Source: Psilocybe cubensis
Taxonomy: Eukaryota
NCBI GenBank assembly: GCA_017499595.2
Contig: CM039003.1
Span: 1,116,001 to 1,180,000, forward strand
Direction of reading: 5' to 3'
Length of the DNA: 64,000 nucleotides
The notes below the pieces were generated by a model, which worked only from the letters and a program-made list of their open reading frames with translations, was not told the origin of the DNA and did not search any database. The position numbers and the translations under genes were made by a program. Positions 54,755 to 64,000 of the stretch are shown here, one piece after another (within the stretch, counting starts at the first letter, position 1; every line of letters starts with the position of its first letter).

Positions 54755-57700
54755 TTAAATTAAAGCTTCGAGAGCAGAAGGAGGTGAAAAAGACAGATTA
54801 ATTGGTGATGGTGCTTCAATTCCGGCGATGTAGCAGGAAGTGGTCACTTTTTGGCGAAGGGATTCGTATCTATGTCGCTGTTCTAAAAAATGATAGACCA
54901 TAAAGATCTACCCAAAGTATTGATATCATTGAACACTCACCGCCACACGGCCATAACCCGGTTAAACTGAAAACGCACAATCAACTTGCCATGACCATAC
55001 TCTCAAGGAACGGAAAAATAGACGTACTAATCAATAGCAGGAATAAGTGCTTTACAGACGTCCAAGGCAACCGTCAGTGTGTTATCAACCTCCCATAGGG
55101 CAAGTGATCTATCCAAAGAAAGTTATACAACAGATACAGGAACAAGCCAAAAATCTTACCGATGGATCTGACCCATAAACCAGAAGACGAAAAATGGACG
55201 GCGAGCTAGGAGATTACTCGAATGACCTGTTACTGTATGCAGGCCAAGCATGAAGCGCTCCGCTACGGTCGCCTGATGTGTCACTGAAGATATAAAAGGC
55301 GTAAAAAGTCTGAAAATAGTCGGAGATGCATTGGGGCCAATGTGCTTACGCCACTCTTCAGCCTTGTCGCGGTGGAATAGGCCGCTAACGTTTCTGGTAA
55401 GTTGAAAGGCCACAATAAGGGGCAGAAGAAACATGTGAGAAAGGGGCCTAAACTTACGCGGACACCAGAGGGATATATCGTTGGAACTCATAAGATATAC
55501 ACATGCGTGTGCTTGAGGAAAAGTGTCACAATGACGTTACCAAGAAACCTAGATAATGAAAGACTTACTTAAATATGTACTCCCTTGCCTGAAAAATGAA
55601 GGCTCTTTCAATTGCACAGGTATGTCGATTTAAAGCCTGCTCAAGACTGTCTGCTTCCAACCAGGCTTTCATGGCGAATTCTGCCTTGTCATTGTCCGTA
55701 GCACGGGTATTGCCTCGCATCCGGATGCAGCCATGCCACAACAAGAAACTTCGGTCGTGCAATGCCCAGACAGTGTCCTTAGGCGAATAGCTAGACAGGG
55801 CCGGAGATTTGGCAACAGATTCTCCAGAGAAAAGTAGCGCGTACTAAAAAACAAAGGAATCAGCGAGACCTAAGAAGTAGGATATTAAAGATTATACATA
55901 CATTGGCAGGATCCGAGATAAACAGGTCTAAGCCTTGTGACCTATGAGAAGTGGTGTACGAGATGTGTCCTGCAGCAAGCATCATAGAGCTCCAGCATAA
56001 ACGCCTACATGATTCTTTGCGAATTTCAGCCTCAGTCCAGGTATCGTCCCAAGCTGGTGTAGCACTCCACAACGGAGCATGTTCTGCAGCAGAAGGCCAG
56101 TGCTCTTCCAACGTAAAACTCTGACATGAACATCCAATTTCGTCGCATACGCCAGGGTGGGATGCTACTGGAAATTGCTCAGGCAGCCACGCAATCTGCG
56201 ACTTTGGAGAGCCTAAAACTGCTGGTACAGTTCCAGGTGAGAACATCGATGTGTTTGGATCTCCGGCATCCATGGATGTCAATGAAAGACTCCGTATAAT
56301 CGAATCGAGCATAACCATTGACGACGTCGATCTTTCCGAAGAATGCCGGGGATGTGCACATATCTCGAAAAGGGCAAGTAACTACAGAGAGGCACAAGCC
56401 GAAATCAGCAGTGAGTAACAAGTAGCAGGATAGATGAATTCACAAACCCATGCTGCTTGTGCAAGTGTTTCGTCAATCCATCCTGCATTGAAACTGGCAT
56501 CCATGGCTGCTTGTGCTTCATCTCGAAAACGTAGAGCACGTTCCCTTCCTTCTTTTCCATATCCAACTTCGGAACTTTGCCAAAAGGTTGCTAGGGCCAG
56601 TAATGCAAGAATTAAGCTAGGCTGAATTCTTTCTCTGCGTATTGGATCATAAAAGTTCCCAAAAAAACTCGGAATATGGAAAAAAGAGAACCAATAATTG
56701 GAGGCCCTGAAAAGAAAACGGAGATCGGCGGTTATGCTTTGTGTGGCCGTCATGCGCTGTGATACAGTGAGAGCTTGCAAACGGGTGGATGTCGGAGATA
56801 GATACAATGATAGCAGAGAGTCCCACCAAACTTTGCGGGTGAAGTTCAGGGACGGTTCACTGACAAGCTCTGGCCCATTGGATTCCTGATTTTCATTTCC
56901 GTTTTCATCGAGTTCAATAATAAATCCTCGATTGGTGTTATACGACGGTACGATATTTTCCATCTCAAGACCATGGTCATAAGAGATTATCTATATCGAA
57001 ATAGAAATTAACGATGTAATCGTATTGTATTAGATTCCTGATCTTACGACGGACGCAGCCTTTCTTGAATTGGAAAGCGTTCCAACACCTAAGATACCCG
57101 GACATTGTGTAAGGCCATGACAACCGCAAGGCGAGTACGACGATCGCGAGTAATTTGACATTGCAACAAAGTTGCTTGTGTTACCGCTAAGATCAGCAGG
57201 TATTTCAGGTGAAGGGAGCATAACATTTGAACTGCTCATGTCTCCATCCTGAGGCGACTCATCGCCAGTGACGGATTGCCGAGTTAGGAATTGTTGATGA
57301 TTTGTTTGGTTTGTGTCAGAAGTCGAATTATCACGAGTTCTGCGGCGGCGACGAGGGGCAGGCCCGTTATCACCATCATTCCTAATATCCCGTGCCATAC
57401 GTTGACGAGCACCTGGTGTCTTGTCTGGACCCCTCCGCTTTGGGACGGAATCGTAATTACATTCTCCATTCCCATTCGCCCTGCGTCCGCAGTTGTGACA
57501 AATAGGCTTTGCACCGTCGCATCGTATTTTTCGTGTCCGACTAAGTAAAAAATTGTCAGTTAAGTTAAGAACGATATATCAAACATAAGACTTGCCATTG
57601 CAAGCATGCGACATAGACACGAGCTCGAGGCTTCCCCTGAGTTGTAGGAGGTTGGTCCGGAGCAAGTTCAATGCGAGGCTTTTCACGCCTGGCCTTCTTA

Positions 57701-58251
57701 GGTTTTGGCTCCACATGAGAGGCTTGGGACCCGATGTTGGGCCAAAATTCTGAGTCACCCGAATGCTCAGAAGCTGGGCCAGTCATTGCAGAGCTTGTGC
57801 CATGAGTAAAATGAGACGCAGAGTGAGAGTAGGTATCTAGCATCCCATTGTCATTGTTTCTTTTCGACGTGCTTGGACTGGGGAGACGGGCAATTTGCTC
57901 CTGGTAGGAAAGTCCGGGAGGCATATGCATCTCTGAAGAGCCGCTGGCGCGACGATCGTAGGATTGAATGTACGGCGCGCTAACTGGAGAGTTGGACTCC
58001 CTTCTCATATTGTATTCGAAGCCTGAATCGCTGCTTTGACGCGCGTTTGAGTAATGGTGTTCATTAGAGGCTTGATAAAAGTCGGCCCGGCTATGGGCTC
58101 CGGCATATTGGCGAGACGGATTATCTGGTGGAGGAGCCAAAACATGACCTGGCATATTGTGCGACACATAGTACTCTTGCTGCCGGTATGGTTCCGAGGG
58201 CGAAAAAGGTTGGTCTTGGGACCGTTGTCGAGAATTAGTAAAGTTGTACAT
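54755..58251 (-). CDS. Zn(II)2Cys6 fungal transcription factor, multi-exon
   Basis: RARVYVACLQC-RTRKIRCDGAKPICHNC..ECNYDSVPKRRGPDK binuclear cluster; downstream fungal TF middle region (WFSFFHIPSF, ESCRRLCWS). Confidence 0.93.
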
Positions 58252-58411
58252 GACGCTCCAACGGCGTTTCCTTCGAATATACCAGATCAACGAAAAGGAA
58301 GAAAAGTAGTAGAATGCCGCAAAAGAAAGATTAGAGGGCCAAGGGAGAAGTTAGAGCGAAAGAGAAGAGGGAGAAGTAGAGGAAGGGTTGAGCGTTGTTG
58401 CAATACATATA

Positions 58412-59003
58412 AGATTGGGCTCATCAGAAACCAGCACCCTTACGTAATCAATGGGCTTGGCGCCAAGAGCGGCCAAAATCCAGCTCGAAAAAAAAATCAA
58501 AAGTTATGTTGACGGAAAATGGTTTCAGACAAAAAGTTTAAAAAAAAAAAATTCATAAATGTGCATATACAATCCTTACTACTAGCCTTTATGCCCACAA
58601 TAATAGAATTACACCTCAGAGGTCAAATTGTAGTCTCTGGAAGTCCATAATGAGTCTGAGAGGTATTACTTAGGCGTGACTTATTGTCACGTGTGGTCAC
58701 GTGTACCATTATATAAGCGGCCAAAAGAACATTGTCAAATTTTCGAAAATCTCCCAAACTCGAGAAAACACCATTTCTGACGTGTTAGACTAAAAAAAAA
58801 GGAAAAAAATTAAAATCTTTATAACTTCTTGAGATCAAAATTTTTTTGAAAAAAAAAACCACAGATGTGTTCAAAGAAGCATAACCTACATATCTGTGGT
58901 TCAAAAATGTAGAATAGTGTGAGTGCAGAAGGGTTGAAAAGGTTCGGAGGTAAGCCAACTTTTGCTTACCTAAGGGGGTGCTGGTTCCTGATGAGCCCAA
59001 TCT
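58412..59003. mobile_element. Non-autonomous TIR element (MITE) with TA TSD, copy 2
   Basis: Same 592-bp sequence and orientation as 7319-7910, with the same TIRs and TA on both flanks. Confidence 0.95.
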
Positions 59004-60584
59004 TAGTATCTCCAATCAACAGTCTTCTAATCCTTGAGCGTTCTGTTGATAGGGTTGTGACCAAATGCAAGTGTGACCGTCCTTCGCCCTTTTGGCAAAG
59101 GGACTGCCGTGTGGCGTCTTTGTTTGTTTTCTGATCAAACTTTCGTGAAATGGTTCCTTACACCCTCAATCTTGTTCTTTCCTGCAAGCCGATGCTCTCC
59201 CCTTTGTCTGAGTCTCTTGATCAGCTCCAGCTCTAAGCAGGGCCAGTGGCAAAACAAAACTATGGTATCTTGGGGACTCCTGCGACTCCTGACCATCTTG
59301 ACCGGCAATCTCCAAGTCCAGAAACTGTAACCCTGGATCGCATGCATGGTTCTCTGGAAAAATCCAGAGATATTCTCACTGATCCCACACGCGTCTGATT
59401 GGGCCTTTAAAGCTGAAAATTTGGGCGAAGTGTTTCTTTGCTCCCTCTTTGACTAGGGAAGCATACCTCTCGTTGTCTGCTTTTTCTACACCTTGCGCCA
59501 CAAAACTTCTTCTCTTCATATCCAAACCTCGTAGTGCTTCACAAGCGCGGACTTGACCAGAATTCATTTCTCTGAACTATATTTAAAATTGACAAAGGTT
59601 CCCGCGGCATGAAGTTTCACTGGAGTGCAAACGCCAACCAGAGTTTCTCCGACACGAGCTATCACACTGCTTACTGTTGTCCGCCCGTTGCAACAATTAG
59701 TCCTTCAGAACCTGTTTAACAGTAGATATCCTCCTGTGCGCCTCTTTGGTTATATGAGGTTCGTGGTTGATGTCGGGTCTTTAGACAAAATTTTGCTGCA
59801 TAGGCCTGAATTTGTTTCAAGCGAAGTTAAAGTGAAATTGACATTTTGTCGCTCATTACTTTGTCCGACTTATCGACCAGTGGTCATTCCGTTGGAAGTC
59901 ATAAATATGCGCTTCGTCCCCTCTCCAATTCTGTCACTTTTGACAAGCTCTTGATGATGATGTCTATGGCACTCACACTGTTAATATCCAGCCAAGATGT
60001 TAACGTAAAACAACTGGTAGCTTTCGGAAAACATAGACCCTGTCGAATAAATTTTCGCCATCTAGGATCAAACATCGTCTTGCTTCGACTTTGACGCCTC
60101 TGAGATTGAAATCCCCCTCATCGACCTTTTCAAATTTAATTGTCAACATCATCAAACACGTGGAACATGACAGAACCCCATCGTTCCGCATTCGATTGCC
60201 CTCCTATGTCCCTCAGCCTTTTGTTTTCGCAGACCGGGGCCCGTGAAAGTCGAAGGTAGCCGGTTCTCCCTTCCCTATAAGAGATGGATAAACTTACCGC
60301 GTCTTCCAGAAATCCAATATGCACTGTGCATGCGGATAAAGTTCTTGGGAAATGAAGCATAGAACCTGACTGTTCCCTCACGTGGACCATGCCATGACTT
60401 AATTCACTCTGGTTAGACCCTTTGTCTCCCTCGAAATTACCAGGAATAGCATACTCGACCGCACGGTAGCACCCCCATCATATTGCCTCTCGGCTCTTCA
60501 ATAAATCCCATCCAACTTATTATTCTCCGTCCTGGCTCCTGTTTGTAGAATATTTACTTCTGTCACAAAACCCCTTTCCTCGAC

Positions 60585-61403
60585 ATGTCAAGATCAACTC
60601 CCACCTACCGGCGTCGGACAATGCATCCGCATGCTCATGGTTCTCCGCCCCACAATACTTTTCTAATGTGGAGCAAACTCGTCGATATGGCTTTCGTCGC
60701 ATGTTTCTTCCTGTTCGCTCGGGCGTTTCTGTTTTACGACTTCGCATATCTCAGAATGGTCCCTACTACCGGGAGCGACTTGCTAAGCTCTCCAATGAAC
60801 AGAGACATTGCCACGCTGTATAACGCCACCACCCCGCCAAGCAACGGGATATATGATGATGCCCTACCTCCGAGTTGGGGCCCCGCTATGGCGACCAACT
60901 TTACTACCAACGACGATGAGCTACCAATGGAATCTGTCTTTGAAGATGGCAGCCACGCCTTTGCGCAAAAACCGGAACGTCACGTTCCCAGTGTCTCGGC
61001 GGCCGACAGTCGTGATGCTGATGTTGATGACGGTTATACTCCTGAAAAGGAACTGCAGTTGACAAGAGTTGCACCCAGGATGGAAACCAGTAGTACTTCG
61101 CCTGTGTTATTCTCATCCTCCGACACTCGTGATCCTGATATCGCTGCTGTTGAACGTGTGACGGCTCGGATGTGGCATGATTCTGATTATTACGGTCGAG
61201 ACGACTATGTGACTACCGACGTGAAGTCTGATTCTAAGGTCAATTCTGGTCAGGATATTTCTCCGAAATCCAGATTTTTTCCGTTCGAGCGCGAGTATGA
61301 TCAAAGGTCCTTGGACGACGAACCATTTCTTTCCATGGAGGAATATGACGGTGAAAGGGAAATATTCGCTCTCAAAATATGGATTGACAGGAAGGCTTGG
61401 TAG
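60585..61403 (+). CDS. Hypothetical intronless protein with one hydrophobic segment and an acidic, likely disordered body
   Basis: 272-codon ORF with MAFVACFFLFARAFLFY followed by Asp/Ser/Thr-rich sequence. The true start is probably a downstream ATG; no family recognised. Confidence 0.5.
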   Translation: MSRSTPTYRRRTMHPHAHGSPPHNTFLMWSKLVDMAFVACFFLFARAFLFYDFAYLRMVPTTGSDLLSSPMNRDIATLYNATTPPSNGIYDDALPPSWGPAMATNFTTNDDELPMESVFEDGSHAFAQKPERHVPSVSAADSRDADVDDGYTPEKELQLTRVAPRMETSSTSPVLFSSSDTRDPDIAAVERVTARMWHDSDYYGRDDYVTTDVKSDSKVNSGQDISPKSRFFPFEREYDQRSLDDEPFLSMEEYDGEREIFALKIWIDRKAW

Positions 61404-62041
61404 GACAAGATATTGCCAGGCATCCAGTGGTATTAAGTGCTTATCTGACAGTTGATAATATTATCTGTTAGTGGCTGTTGTCTCTCATCAGTTGTTTCAT
61501 TCTACCCTGTTATAATTCCTGTTATACTACGTAGAAGTAAATGGTTCTATGAGCAACGCATAACCCCTAGAAAATTCCTAACAATTGTATTATAATATCA
61601 CACCGAGTTATATTGCATTGAACCATACACCGCTATAAGCTGAAAGAATGAAAAGAAGGGGCTAAGCAAGCGCCGTCTTAAGCGCCAGGAATGTCTATTT
61701 ATAGATTCTCACTGGTTTTACAGAAAATAAAGCATCAACGAAGCAAATGAACACCAATGAGCACATCATGCTCCATAAATATTAACTATTCTTATTCAAA
61801 GTTATGTAACGGTGAAGGATTCGTAAAGTTATGTAGTACCTTTATTTAATAATGAGTATAAAAATGCACGAGAAATTTTCATCTTGCAAATGCAGTTTGA
61901 TTGAATCGATGTATGTACATTTTACTACAAATGTGACGATGCTTTGGTTACACTCCCCGGGAAAGATACAACACAAGGGCGGAGAAAAATTACACAAAAT
62001 ACACTGAAATACTACAAAGTCTTGAAAGCAATTGATAGGTT

Positions 62042-63454
62042 CTAAGTCCGAAGCCTGGGTCCGAGTTCGGTCGACAAAGCCTCACGGTCCAGTGGAGAAA
62101 CGCCCTCGCAACCAGAGATAATCACTTCCGACAGGGTGTAATCTGGATACACCGTGTCTGTCCATTTCACCCTAGCTGCGATAGCCTCGGTGATAGCTTT
62201 TCCGCTCAATTGTTGGCAATTAATCAACCTCAGCTTTTGAAGTCTAGGTAACCGCACACGCACACCATTCTCCTCTTTAACAGGACGCAGCATTGCAATC
62301 ACCTTGTCGGACATGTCGGATGCGACGATATGGAAATCCTGCAAGAGATGCAACCGGTCGAACACGTAGCGGAAGTCTTTGGTACGCATGTCGCAGAAAT
62401 CCATCTCGAGTATTCTAATTGGTGGATGGCACCGCTGAATAAGCTTCCGAAGACCCATACCAGTCGCCTGGTCGCTCCAAGGGGATTGAGAGAAATCTCG
62501 GGCTTCGTCTTCGCTATCGCCTTCCTCTGGAGATTCGGTGGGAAGTTGGAAGTCGACATTCAAGTGGGACAAAAGGAGGTTCTGGAGTCGAGGGGTGTTC
62601 AATGATGAAAGGAGGGCCCGAGCAAAACATGTGCTTTTCAGATGCAAGCTAACGAGGTTGGGAAGGTTCACGATCGGAAGAGGTCGGATAACTGCGTCGT
62701 CGTGCGGCCATCCAGAGAGGTAGAAAGATTCGAGCTCCGGGCATGAAGTTAAGAATTCGAGGATGAATTTTGGCTGGGTGTGGGGACCAATCTGGCCGTC
62801 TTCCGCAATGCTGACATGTACGAACCGGAGTGGAGGATTTATGCCGGTGGTAGGAATTCGGGACACCCAGACACTGAGGCTAAAACTGATACTTTGATCA
62901 GGACTGGTTGGTGAAATGCTGATTCTGGGTTCGTCCTCATCGAACTCGTCTTGTTCGCTATCATGAAGAAAGACATGGAGGTGAGTAAGGCAATCGGAAG
63001 TGATGTTTAGGTCGTCCACACGAATCTCTTCCTCTCGTTTCCCACGCAATCGAAAGGTTCGCCAGCGGTCAATCGAGGATAAGAGGGGCGACAAAAGTGG
63101 GAGGATGTGATCAGTATCTTGAAGATTAAGTTCAACATCGAACTTTTGAGGTTGACATTTCCGTCTCCACAACAGCGCCTGCGGTTCGGAGACATTGCAG
63201 TCAGGATCCGCGTCCGAAAGAGATACTGTTCTCCACAGGTACGGGGATGTGTCGATGAGCTTTTGCCACAACCAAGACACCTTCCGGAGAGTAAGAGGCG
63301 ATATGGGATGGTTCGCGACGCAATGCCCAAAGATTTCAAGTAGGAGTTCTGCTGGAAGAAAGCCTATCGTCGCAAATGTTGAGTCATTGCGGGTAAACGG
63401 TGCGGAATCCTGAAATCTGTTGACAAGTGCAGCGGTATCAGACATATATGTCAT
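62042..63454 (-). CDS. F-box protein with RNI-like/LRR C-terminus, intronless
   Basis: IGFLPAELLLEIF..LRKVSWLWQKLIDTSPYLW F-box, followed by LRR-like units (CPELESFYL, LPNLVSLHL, TPRLQNLLL, LPRLQKLRLINC). Confidence 0.88.
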   Translation of the reverse strand: MTYMSDTAALVNRFQDSAPFTRNDSTFATIGFLPAELLLEIFGHCVANHPISPLTLRKVSWLWQKLIDTSPYLWRTVSLSDADPDCNVSEPQALLWRRKCQPQKFDVELNLQDTDHILPLLSPLLSSIDRWRTFRLRGKREEEIRVDDLNITSDCLTHLHVFLHDSEQDEFDEDEPRISISPTSPDQSISFSLSVWVSRIPTTGINPPLRFVHVSIAEDGQIGPHTQPKFILEFLTSCPELESFYLSGWPHDDAVIRPLPIVNLPNLVSLHLKSTCFARALLSSLNTPRLQNLLLSHLNVDFQLPTESPEEGDSEDEARDFSQSPWSDQATGMGLRKLIQRCHPPIRILEMDFCDMRTKDFRYVFDRLHLLQDFHIVASDMSDKVIAMLRPVKEENGVRVRLPRLQKLRLINCQQLSGKAITEAIAARVKWTDTVYPDYTLSEVIISGCEGVSPLDREALSTELGPRLRT

Positions 63455-64000
63455 AGAAGAGCGGGGAGGTGTGGGGTAACACGGAACCTAGTACCATTAG
63501 CAACCAGTCAAGAGACCGTGGGAAAATGTGCATCCGGAGAATACACGGCACTCAGAAATGAACAAAATGGCGTCCTCCGGTTCCGTCGTCGCACTTTCGG
63601 AAAGTCGACTGCGCAGTCAGGATATAGGACCAGGATTAGTAACTCAAATCAAGGCAATCCAGGATACACAAAATTGCGATACAATAACAAAATGAGAGAC
63701 ATACAGCTGATTCCATTGACGGCATGTCAGTACTTTGAAAACCAGACCACACTGCAAATTCTGGGTGGGACAATAGAATTATAAGGGAAGATTTCAGCAA
63801 CGTCCTCGACGTTCTGTTGAATCTGTTCGGCCTTGCTCATTGTGCAGGAGGAGAACATGTCCAGCTGACTAATCCAAGCAGCTTTTTGATCTGCTGTACA
63901 GTTTTTCGGAGTTTGCCGGTTAAGCCACGGGCTGTTTGTGGACGACCAAAAGAGATACACACAAAGCCCGTCAACGTCGTGCCCGCCCGCCCCCGCGTTC

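Noticed and set aside
59010..60580. Scattered 60-110 aa ORFs upstream of the Zn2Cys6 gene
   Set aside because: No coherent exon chain or protein motif; treated as intergenic or regulatory DNA.
63518..63960. Short ORFs at the right edge of the window
   Set aside because: No recognisable motif. They could belong to a gene extending beyond the window, but this cannot be supported here.

Overview
Intron-rich eukaryotic DNA from a basidiomycete fungus, most consistent with a mushroom-forming agaric (short GT-AG introns of about 50-60 nt, agaric-type P450, kinase and F-box families). About 24 protein genes or pseudogenes can be read. Housekeeping genes: V-ATPase subunit c, mitofusin Fzo1, a CLASP-N protein, Mrt4, deoxyhypusine hydroxylase, the Prp2/DHX16 helicase and a dipeptidyl-peptidase V. 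Accessory genes: three P450s (one intact, one with a transposon insertion plus a nonsense codon, one internally deleted), four SDRs, two kinases (one a likely pseudokinase), an M64 peptidase, an O-fucosyltransferase-like GT, F-box-like proteins, a Zn2Cys6 transcription factor and a His-rich secreted pre-pro-protein not captured by the ORF track. Two families of non-autonomous TIR transposons are present. One is a 592-bp TA-flanked element in two apparently identical copies (inside a P450 exon, and about 160 bp upstream of the Zn2Cys6 gene). The other is a 763-bp element with perfect 34-bp TIRs and an 8-bp TSD. No PKS, NRPS, terpene synthase, RiPP precursor, rRNA, tRNA or CRISPR feature was recognised, and I cannot support a coherent new multi-gene system; the best leads are single loci. 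Gene models were spliced by eye, so boundaries may be off by a few bases.
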